A stretch of 30,783 bases of DNA from Octopus sinensis (Eukaryota): NCBI RefSeq assembly GCF_006345805.1, contig NW_021832489.1, positions 1-30,783 on the forward strand. Reading direction: 5' to 3'. The position numbers and the translations under genes are program-made. Position 1 is the stretch's first letter. The number at the start of each line of letters is the position of its first letter. This document shows, piece by piece, positions 21,732 through 30,783 of the stretch. Under the pieces are notes generated by a model, which ran no database searches, was not told where the DNA came from, and saw nothing but the letters and a program-made list of their open reading frames with translations.

Positions 21732-22161
21732 TACACAGAAAAGAAACAAGGAGAGAAAAAAACGCGCGTAGGAGCTAACACACATTTTAACAAATACGTA
21801 TATTGGTCCCTGGGCAAATCTTTGTAACTCTTCTTGTATAACATTGCTACACACACAAGCTGATATCTAATATGCACTGCGTATGTTTAAAACAACTACT
21901 TGCATGCAGACACACACATACAAACACTATACAACAATAGAAAACAAATAAAAGAAATCAAACCAATCACACATACATAATTTAGAAATACACAAACACA
22001 TCCATAGTCATATACACTAAGTCTAGTTACATTATCTTTCTTAATCCGGTCAATGTTTTAAACCTGTTCTTTCCTTTTCAAATCTAGTGATTTCCACTAT
22101 ACAGTGGCTTCAATGTTTGCACATGGAATTTTTATTTCAGATATCTTTTATCTTTCTTTTA

Positions 22162-22536
22162 TCTTTTACTTGTTTCAGTCATTTGACTGTGGCCATGCTG
22201 GAGCACCGCCTTTAGTCGAGCAAATCGACCCCAGGACTTATTCTTTGTAAGCCCAGTACTTATTCTATCGCTCTCTTTTGCCGAACCGCTAAGTTACGGA
22301 GACGTAAACACACCAGCATTGGTTGTCAAGCAATGCTAGGGGGACAAACACAGACACACACACACACATATATACGACAGGCTTCTTTCAGTTTCCGTCT
22401 ACCAAATCCACTCACAAGGCTTTGGTCGGCCCGAGGTTATAGCAGAAGACACTTGCCCAAGGTTCCACGCAGTGGGACTGAACCCGGAACCATGTGGTTG
22501 GTAAGCAAGCTACTTACCACACAGCCACTCCTACGC
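22162..22536 (-). mobile_element. SINE family A, full length
   Basis: Head, linker and tail are all present and close to the other copies. Confidence 0.9.
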
Positions 22537-22972
22537 CTATATATATATATATATTATATATATATATATTTTATATTTTATTTTCACTATTTCCTCATTT
22601 CTTTGCTCATTCATACTTCTGATAAAGAGTTTATGTCAAAAATATTAAGTATAAGACTAACGATAAAAAAAACTTTTATATTATTTTTTCTTGTTTTACA
22701 TGTTGCTATATTCATGTTTACATACACATAGATATGCACACACAAAAGATGGGTAATAGTAACACAAAAGAAAAGAAAAATAGAATAAAGCCTTTTGTTA
22801 TTGGTCTCACGCCCAAAGTAATAAAAACAACCGCTTTCATCTCACAGATGTTTTATGTGTGTGTGAATTATATATGCATGTATATTTGTGTATGTGTACA
22901 TATATACACATATGCATATATATTTGTGTATGTGTACATATATATACATATACATATGTGTGTGTGCGTGTA

Positions 22973-23307
22973 GGCGCTTGGCTCAGTGGTTAGAGCGTCG
23001 AGCTTACGATCGTGAGGTTGTGAGCTCGAATCCCGGACAGGGCTGCGTGTTGTGTTCTTGAGCAAGACACTTTGTTACACGTTGCTCCAGTTCACTCAGC
23101 TGTAGAAATGAGTTGCGACGTCACATGTGCCAAGCTATATCGGCATTTGCCTTTCTTTTGGATAACACTGGTGGCGTGGAGAGGGGAGGCCGGTATGCAT
23201 GGGCGGACTGCTGGCCTTCCATAAACAACCTTGCCCGGAATTGTGCCTGGGAGGGTAACTTTCTAGGTGCAATCCCATGGTCTGTGTCATGACCAAAGGG
23301 GGTCTCA
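22973..23307 (+). mobile_element. tRNA-derived SINE (family F), apparently full length
   Basis: A-box TGGCTCAGTGGTTAG, B-box-like GAGCTCGAATCC, and CORE-like GTGTTCTTGAGCAAGACACTTT. There is no complete cloverleaf. Confidence 0.8.
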
Positions 23308-23520
23308 GATATAAACATATATCCCTCTCTCTCTTTGGGAGAGGCACCTTTACATAAATAAATAACATGAAATACACGAAGGGACGAACAAAAGGACAAA
23401 CGGGTCATTCAAAGCCTTCATTCTTCAGTCAGAAACTGATCCCTCATCGCAGATTTCGGCTGTTTAATTCTGAGATCCGCTCTGAATCAGCCAGCCACAG
23501 AAGGAAAGAATGCAACGCAA

Positions 23521-23648
23521 CAAAGACAAACATGAAATGAAAAATCCTTTTTGGAGACAGTAACGGTGAAAAACATGGATGACACAAAGACAAACATGAA
23601 ACGAAAAATCTTTTTTGGAGACAGTAACGGTTAAAAACATGGATGACG
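23521..23648. repeat. 64-bp tandem duplication (2 copies)
   Basis: CAAAGACAAACATGAAA..GGAGACAGTAACGG..AAAAACATGGATGAC at 23521 and 23585. Confidence 0.9.
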
Positions 23649-24030
23649 CAGACGCCCTACGGCTTTGAGACAAAAAGAGACACAAAAACAATATCAGCTA
23701 ACATGGAAAAATAATTACCTTTTCGGTGATAAGACACATGTTGAACAAGCGGCCGATTAAGGTGGCAAGTCGCAAGAGGGTAAGTGAGAGAAGGGGGTAA
23801 GAGAGAGAGGGGACCAAGGAGGGTGGAAGGCGAGGCGAAGGAAAGAAAATAGTTTAAAGACATCGTGCAGAGGTTTGGTATGATAAACATAAAGAAGTTA
23901 TTATGCACGTACACTGCATAGGAAGAGTTTACGAAAAAAACAAAAAACGAAGACAGGTGGTGTACAAAACAAACAGATGTATTAGTATAACGCTCAGGAA
24001 TAGAAAAAGTCTTTTACGTTTCGAGCTCTT

Positions 24031-24060
24031 CTTTTACGTTTCGAGCTCTTCTACAGAAAG
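24031..24060 (-). ncRNA. Hammerhead-like motif, A6U core, helix II collapsed by deletion
   Basis: Minus strand: CTTT / CTGTAGA / A GAGCTC / GAAAC / GTA / AAAG. Same family as 21694-21731, with an adjacent 20-bp tandem duplication (24011-24050). Confidence 0.5.
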
Positions 24061-24170
24061 GGACACAGAAAAGACAAGAAAAGAAAAAAATGTGTGTAGT
24101 GGCTAACGATCTATCATGGTGACATGGTGTGTATATATATACACACACACACACACGCACACACACACAA

Positions 24171-24213
<43 letters not shown>

Positions 24214-24261
24214 CACACACACAAACAGACATACACACACACATATGCATATATAATATGA

Positions 24262-24865
24262 GGTGACAGCACTAAGCAGTGCTGTATATAAATACAAATT
24301 TGTTATCAGATCAAATATGCTTGAGACTTATTAAAAACCATTACAAGGCCATTCGTTGTATTTTGCCATGGAGAAAATTTCCTACTGTTTTCAAATGGGC
24401 GTAAATACACGGGATTGGCTCACAGTGCCACCTGACCAGATTGGTGGGATGCATGCATTTCAGAGTGGTTATCTCCTCTTCAGCCATAGAAACAGGTTAC
24501 AAAGAAACACTGCAAACTGACACGAGAGATAGCATCTCTCTAATGACATTCTTGTCGTCAGTCAATGACTGGTTGCACTGTTCTGTGGCTCACCTTGAAT
24601 AAAATATTGGGTCACAATGCTTAGCAGTGATGTGTACAAATACAAAATTGCTTGAGATATATTCAAAACCTTAAGAAAACCATCCATTGTGTTTTGTCAC
24701 AAACAAAAATTTCACACTGTAAGCAAATAAGTGTGAATACTTTGAATCAGGTCACTGTACCACCTGAACAAACTGGGGGATGTGTGCATTTCAGAGGGAT
24801 TATCTCCTCTTCAACCATAGAAACTGAACAGGGGGGTACTGTAAAGTGACACGAGAGACAGTATA
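24262..24865. repeat. Old diverged tandem duplication, period about 331-350 bp
   Basis: Shared blocks AGCAGTG..AAATACAAA, CCACCTGA, GCATTTCAGAG..TTATCTCCTCTTCA.CCATAGAAAC and TGACACGAGAGA. Confidence 0.8.
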
Positions 24866-25051
24866 TATTTACATATAAGTCCCAAACTGTGATATTGTTT
24901 TCAGGTGTGTTAAGTATATGATACTGAAAAGGTACAATAATAGTGGAATGGTGATATCGATCATTGTTGCTCATCTCACGGTGAGTTTCTTGCCCAACTT
25001 TTAGTTCATGCAATTTAAAGAACTGCATTATTTATGGGATGACCCAATATC

Positions 25052-25082
<31 letters not shown>

Positions 25083-25380
25083 AGTGTAGGTGGTATATAC
25101 TACTGCTATTTCAGCTGCTGGTCATTTCCACAATTACAGCCAATGAATCTACTCAACACACAAGACAGCCATTATACTCTCCCCCCCCCCCACTCCCCAC
25201 AAAACACCACGACGTGGACTCTGTAGAGACTAGTAAGAAACAATTATGAACTTTTTTTTACACTAACTTTTAAAAATATTTTTGATAAGGTTCATTTTTT
25301 CAAGAAGAACTGAAACGTAAAATCTCTAAGAAAATTAAAATTTATCTTATATAGTGGCGTTTTCAAACTTCTTTTATATA

Positions 25381-25416
<36 letters not shown>

Positions 25417-25469
25417 CATACACATAAATACATATACATTTTTATTAAAGCTGCACAAACATCACAAAT

Positions 25470-25511
25470 AACTGTAACTCAGAGTTTCACGTTTCTGTTC
25501 ATCGGACAGTT
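25470..25511 (-). ncRNA. Type I hammerhead motif with U4C core substitution
   Basis: Minus strand: AACTGT / CCGATGA / AC AGAAAC GT / GAAAC TC T GA GTT / ACAGTT. Helix I is a perfect 6 bp. Probably inactive. Confidence 0.6.
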
Positions 25512-25728
25512 GTTTTGAATTTATTTGTGTACTCATGTATGTATATATATATATATATATATATAAACACACACCGACATTATTCTTATATGTAACAAGT
25601 GATATTATTATTGGTTGGAAAACATATATATATATATATATATAATAATAAATATTAGGGAATAAATCCAAATTTACAGGGAAAAAATCAGATTTAGGAT
25701 TAAATCCAATTTTATAGTAAAATATTAA

Positions 25729-25969
25729 ATAATATTATTAGAGACAAAACCACTATTTTGCAAAACAAACAAGGAAAGACTTAATCAATACATAAAATTT
25801 TAATAAAAAGTCAAAAAAACTGACTTATTGGAAGTCCACCTGAAGATTGTCGATAAGACAAGAAACAATTGTAGTGGCGGTTTTTTTGACTTTTATAAAA
25901 ATTTTATGTATTGATTAAGTCTTTCCTTGTTTGTTTTGCAAAATAGTGGTTTTGTCTCTAATAATATTA

Positions 25970-25971
<2 letters not shown>
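25729..25971. mobile_element. Penelope-like fold-back fragment: about 92-bp inverted arms around a hammerhead
   Basis: 25729-25820 is the reverse complement of 25880-25971 apart from small indels. It is flanked by (TA)n and ends about 90 bp from the exon 1 donor. Confidence 0.8.
25836..25877 (+). ncRNA. Canonical minimal type I hammerhead ribozyme motif
   Basis: CCAC / CTGAAGA / TTGTC GATAA GACAA / GAAAC / palindromic loop AATT / GTA (cut after 25873) / GTGG. Every core nucleotide and helix is intact. Confidence 0.85.
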
Positions 25972-26009
<38 letters not shown>

Positions 26010-26063
26010 TGCAAATAATTAGTATGACTTCTCTCTCAATGAACTGTAAATATAAATAATCAC

Positions 26064-26254
26064 CTTTAATGAAGGTCAGAAATTCTTCATGCCTTATTTT
26101 TTGTGCTTGAAGGTCAATTTTGAGGGTTAGCAAGAGAGTAAAAGTCAATTTATCTGTTGCATATAGACTTCGTACAGTATACTTGTAAATTTCATAAGTC
26201 ATAAACCGTATGATGTTCAGAATTCTCTTTTGAGTTATTGGTGATTTAGTTGAT
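26064..26254 (-). CDS. DNAH5: Axonemal dynein heavy chain (DNAH5/DNAH8-like), internal exon 1 of 4 in window
   Basis: Acceptor tttcag before 26254 and donor GTGATT after 26064. 191 nt (phase 2 to phase 1) encoding [63 protein letters not shown], recognisably the DNAH5/8 segment after AAA5. DNAH5 versus DNAH8 is not resolved by eye. Confidence 0.93.
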
Positions 26255-26375
26255 CTGAAAGTCAAACATAGATAAAAGCATAATTATTAGTATTTTCATA
26301 ATAATAGAAGTTTCAAGTGATTCCTTTCTTTCAAACACAATTAGAAATTTGTCGGAAATTTCTGAGATGTATAAT

Positions 26376-26670
26376 CGGTGAGCTGGCAGAATAAGAAGCA
26401 GGTCAGACAAAATACTTAGCAGGTTTTCAGTGTGTGTGTGTGTGTGTGTGTGTCTCTGTGTGTGTTTGTATGTGTGTGTGTGTTTGTCCCCACACCATTG
26501 CTTGACAACTGATGTTGGTGTGTTTACGTCCCTGTAACTGAACTGTTCAGCAAAAGAGACCAATAGAATAAGTACTAGGCTTACAAAGAATAAGACCTGG
26601 GGTCGATTTGTTTGACCAAAGGCAATGCTCCAGCATGGCTGCAGTCAAATGACTGAAACAAGTAAAGAGA
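26376..26670 (+). mobile_element. Family B head fragment, (GT)n, then family A tail
   Basis: GAGCTGGCAGAA head at about 26376-26427 and tail at about 26480-26670. The same B-head/A-tail juxtaposition, in opposite orientation, occurs near 5256-5596. Confidence 0.7.
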
Positions 26671-27374
26671 ATATATATATATATATATATATATATACTG
26701 TAAGTTGATTATATAGCCTCAAAAAAAGGAAGCATACTCTAAATGGTTTTGCATCCATAATATAAGCCTGCAGCCACTGAAGTCTGATGAGCCAATTGTA
26801 CAACTAAGCACTTTGAGGATGTAAAACCATTGGTCACTCTTTGACTGGACATATATCTAACTTCATATATATATATATATATATAACACGCCAGCTCAAA
26901 TTTTACTCGTCCTGTCGAAAGACACCTGTCTGTGACGTCCTGTTTTTGTTATTATTATTATCATTATTGTTTTCATGTATTTTTGTATTCTTATTCGTGT
27001 AACCTCGTCCATTTTTCCGTCCTTGTTTTGTATACATTCCAAGGAATCTAATGCACTTGGCTTAGATCTTCCTTTGGGGCTGGCCAGATCGGAGCAATCT
27101 CAAGATTAATCATCCAAAATTGCGAGGATGATCTGGTTCTTGACTGAAGATTGAAGGCTTCGAATGTCCCATCCGTGTTTTTTGTATCATCTTCTAAATG
27201 TTTTGCGTTCTTGTCCCAGTTTGTATTTTTTACATATATATATATATATATATATACATATATATAGTAAAGAAGGTTGTTTGTTATGACTGGCCAGAGA
27301 GTGACCATTGGTTTTGCGTACATACTTACATACATACACACATACATACAGACCGACAGACAGACAAACTGTCA

Positions 27375-27490
27375 GATAATAAATATAAGATGTGCAAGAC
27401 CGAGATTGAAGACATATTATTGTCAACTGTGAGAGAATATCTTCCAGATATTATCTTCCCATGAGGCACGATGCAGTGGCCAGAATGGTC
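27375..27490 (+). pseudogene. RLE-type non-LTR retrotransposon (R4/Dong-like) zinc-knuckle remnant
   Basis: DNKYKMCKTEIEDI/(frameshift)/IIVNCERISSRYYLPMRHDAVARMV is a decayed CxxC..H..C knuckle followed by the RHD motif that precedes the restriction-like endonuclease. Confidence 0.7.
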
Positions 27491-27607
27491 GGGGACAGGA
27501 GAGTAAAAAAAGAACACCTACAGACGAAGTTGATTATATTGAGAAGGAGTGGGTCAACTTAAAAATTAAAACAAACAAACAAACAAACAAACATGCATAC
27601 ATACATA

Positions 27608-28053
27608 CAGGCCCAAATTAAGACCCATAGAGACCTTAAGGACTTAAAAGGTTTTCGTGCCCTCAAGTATATGTAAATGATCCAAAATGTAAACAAAAAT
27701 AATTTAAAATGTAAACAATAATAAACTATAAAAGAAATATTTGTTTTCCAAAAATGAAACTAAAAGATAGAAAATAATGTTTATTTTGGTATACTTCCAC
27801 TTTATTTATATTTGAAAAGATTTCTCCGTTTTTTTGTTTTTTTTAAATTACAAAGTCTTCAATGATATTGTTAAAATTAATTTGACGTAAAACTTCTGCT
27901 TCTATACTTAATAGAGATAAGGCATTACGAATATTATTTTAGCAAGTTTAAAATAATTTCTTTCGTGCCATAAACATTTTTATTTCTGTGGTGCCCCCGT
28001 TCCTTCATGCCCTAAGCACGTGCTCATTTTGCGTAATGGTTAATCCTGCGCTA
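27608..28053. mobile_element. hAT-like MITE, copy 2
   Basis: Homologous to 12615-13036. Flanks CATACATA / CATACGTA are consistent with an 8-bp TSD, although they lie in an ACAT repeat. Confidence 0.7.
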
Positions 28054-28558
28054 CATACGTACGTACATACATACATACAAGCATGCATACATACACACAC
28101 ATACATACATGCATGCATACATACATGCATGCATGCATGCATGCATACATACATACATGCATACATACATACATACATGCGTACATACATACATACATAC
28201 ATACATACATACATGCATGCATGCATGCATGCATACATACATACATGCATACATACATGCGTACATACATACATACATACATACATACATACATACATGC
28301 ATGCATGCATACATACATACATACATGCGTACATACATACATACATACATACATACATGCATGCATGCATGCATACATACATAGACACACATACATACAT
28401 ACATGCATACATACATACGTACATACACACATACATATATGCATGCATGCATACATACGTACATACACAAATACATACATGCATGCATGCATACATACAT
28501 ACACACACACACATACACACACACATACATACACACACACACACACACATATACGCAT

Positions 28559-28589
<31 letters not shown>

Positions 28590-28640
28590 TACATACATAC
28601 ATACATACATACATTACATTACATTACATTACATACATAT
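28054..28640. repeat. (ACAT)n/(GCAT)n/(AC)n compound microsatellite
   Basis: Read directly from the sequence. Confidence 0.97.
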
Positions 28641-28745
28641 TTATGACAGTTTCTGTTTCCACCTACCAAATCCACTCACAATGTTTTGATTGTCCTGAAG
28701 CTATAACAGAGAACAATTGTCCAAGGTGCCACCCAGTGGGGCTGG
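28641..28745 (-). mobile_element. Degenerate SINE family A head fragment
   Basis: TTTCCACCTACCAAATCCACTCACAA..CCAAGGTGCCAC. Confidence 0.7.
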
Positions 28746-28907
28746 ATACCAAAGGAAAATCCATATTAATTAATCCAGTGAAACTAATTTTGTTCTCAAC
28801 ATTTCTTTTTATTAGTTATTGTTGTTGTATAATCCCTGGTCAACACTAATTGAACAGGTCTATAGTTAAAGGATCTCCAGTCATAGCTACTCCTTGTGAT
28901 TCATCAA

Positions 28908-29325
28908 GGCGCATGAGTGGCTGTGTGGTAAGTAGCTTGCTTACCAACCACATGGTTCCGGGTTCAGTCCCACTGTGTGGCACCTTGGGCAAGTGTCTTC
29001 TACTATAGCCTCGGACCGACCAAAGCCTTATGAGTGGATTTGGTAGACGGAAACTGAAAGAAGCCCATCGTATATATGTATATATATATATATGCATGTG
29101 TGTGTGTTTGTGTGTCTGTGTTTGTCCCCGCAATATCGCTTGACAACCAATGCTGGTGTGTTTATGTCCCCGTCACTTAGCGGTTCGGCAAAAGAAACCG
29201 ATAGAATAAGTACTGGGCTCACAAAAGAATAAGTCCCGGGGTCGAGTTGCTTGATTAAAGGCGGTGCTCTAGCATGGCCGCAGTCAAATGACTGAAACAA
29301 GTAAAAGAGTAAGAGTAAAGAGTAA
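28908..29325 (+). mobile_element. SINE family A, full length
   Basis: Head, linker and tail ending (AAGAGT)n. Confidence 0.9.
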
Positions 29326-29924
29326 CCATATTATCCAGGGAGTTTTCTTTTTTGAACACGGTAGGGTGCAATTTTAGGAAATTTCAGTGCTATTTCTAGC
29401 AAGTTAAATAACTGCTTATAGATACCCTCATCTCCACTAGTCTTAGTATTCATCTGAAATAATTTGAGAACTTCTATATTGTTGTTGTTCGACCCGCTAG
29501 AAATAACAGCCAAATAACCATCAAATCATGTCCGATAAAGTTAAAAATTACACATTGGATAATTTAGTCCTAGATACATCTTGTGTGAAAATAATGAGAG
29601 ATGGTCACAGCCAGAACACCTCAATTGTATACCTGCTTGATCAGAGCTGGTTTCAGGATAAACAGCTGCAGCAACAACCACAGACTTAAGCAAACAAACA
29701 AGTTCAAAGAGCAGATCTTGTTTGACATTCAAGTGAAAAATTTATATCCTGTTTCATGGAAAGAAAATACGAATTTCAAAATTCATAGATTCATATCAGT
29801 TTCTTCCAAATTAAATTGGAATCTGTGTCTACAAAATGCTGCCCAAAATTCAAGATGCATAAATTCATACCAGATGCTTACAAAGAAAAATAGTTAAAAT
29901 ATGTATACTCTTTTTTTTTTTTTT

Positions 29925-30528
29925 TTACTCTTTTTACTTGTTTCAGTCATTTGACTGTGGCCATGCTGGAGCACCACCTTTTAGTCAAGCAAATCGACCC
30001 CAGGACTTATTCATATGTAAGCCCAGTACTTATTCTATCGGTTTCTTTTGCTGAAGCGCTAAGTTACGGGGACGTAAACACACCAGCATCGGTTGTCAAG
30101 CGATGTTGGGGGGACAAACACAGGCACAAAAACATATACACATAAACATACATATATATATATACGACGGGCTTCTTTCAGTTTCCGTCTACCAAATCCA
30201 CTCACAAGGCTTTGGTCGGCCTGAGGCTATAGTAGAAGACACTTGCCCAAGGTACCATGCAGTGGGACTGAACCCGGAACCATGTGGTTCGTAAGCAAGC
30301 TACTTACCACAGAGCCACTCCTACGCCTATATATATATATATATATATATATAAATATTATACACAACGGGCTTCTTTCAGTTTCCGTCTACCAAATCCA
30401 CTCACAAGGCTTTGGTCAGCCCAAGGCTATAGTAGAAGACACTCGCCCAAGGTGCCACACAGTGGGACTGAACCCGGAACCATGTGGTTCGTAAGCAAGC
30501 TACTTACCACAGAGCCACTCCTATGCCT
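29925..30528 (-). mobile_element. SINE family A full copy (29925-30327) plus tandem second head (30366-30528)
   Basis: The head of about 160 bp occurs twice in direct orientation, separated by (TA)n. Confidence 0.88.
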
Positions 30529-30783
30529 ATATATCTCTCTATATAAAACTGAAATGCGTTTTTACCGCTTGGTTCGCTTTCAATGCCACTACATCCCGTC
30601 CGGTTCGCTCCAAAATTTACAGGGACATGTAGAATGAGGTGACGATGCGCGTGGGCTACCTTACAAATCCCTATATTAAAAGGTGTGGTTGCTAGGGGCC
30701 ATCTTCCTACTCACCCTATTTCCTCCAGTACTCTGTCACTCCTCTTCATTTGACAATGCAACTACCGTTATTTAATGTAAAGT

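Noticed and set aside
22973-23045. tRNA-like sequence (also the heads of other SINEs)
   Set aside because: It has A/B boxes but no complete cloverleaf and continues into a SINE body, so it is not a tRNA gene.
25220-25250. CTGTAGA..GAAAC AATT ATG string
   Set aside because: Helix II, the cleavage triplet and helix I all fail.
26741-26832. CTGATGA core between short inverted arms (ATGGTTTTGCATCC / GGATGTAAAACCAT)
   Set aside because: There is no GAAA partner or helix III, so it is at most a degenerate remnant.
26933-26966. CTGTCGA-A-AGAC ACCT GTCT-GTGAC-GTC hammerhead-like string
   Set aside because: GAAA is replaced by GTGA and helix I does not pair. It may be a decayed copy but cannot be supported as a ribozyme.
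27075-27180. CTGAAGA-containing repeat homologous to about 23400-23500 (minus strand)
   Set aside because: The homology is real and it is probably another Penelope-like terminus, but I could not build consistent helices I-III with an NUH triplet in either copy.

Overview
This window is repeat-dense eukaryotic DNA. Its SINE families and (TA)n/(ACAT)n content point to Octopus or a related coleoid cephalopod (inferred from recognition, no search run). It holds four coding exons on the minus strand of an axonemal outer-arm dynein heavy chain (DNAH5/DNAH8-like, AAA5-AAA6 region): 26254-26064, 11126-11005, 5940-5619 and 3978-3752. They have canonical GT-AG sites and compatible phases, and splice into one open frame of 862 nt. 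The gene continues past both window ends. The introns contain tRNA-derived SINEs, microsatellites, MITEs with 8-9 bp TSDs, and decayed Tc1/mariner (including DD37D), RTE, R4/Dong-like and Penelope GIY-YIG remnants. The most notable signal is not visible in the ORF track. At least seven separate loci carry minimal type I hammerhead ribozyme motifs inside Penelope-like terminal fragments. These fragments sit in (TA)n microsatellites, several are arranged as fold-backs, and six motifs lie on the dynein sense strand. Hammerheads in Penelope-like elements are a known class, so this is not a new system. The local density, an A6U core variant, inversion breakpoints that track ribozyme boundaries, and an incomplete HDV-like fold in an unclassified repeat are the points worth testing. 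Nearly all long ORFs in the track are simple-repeat artefacts.
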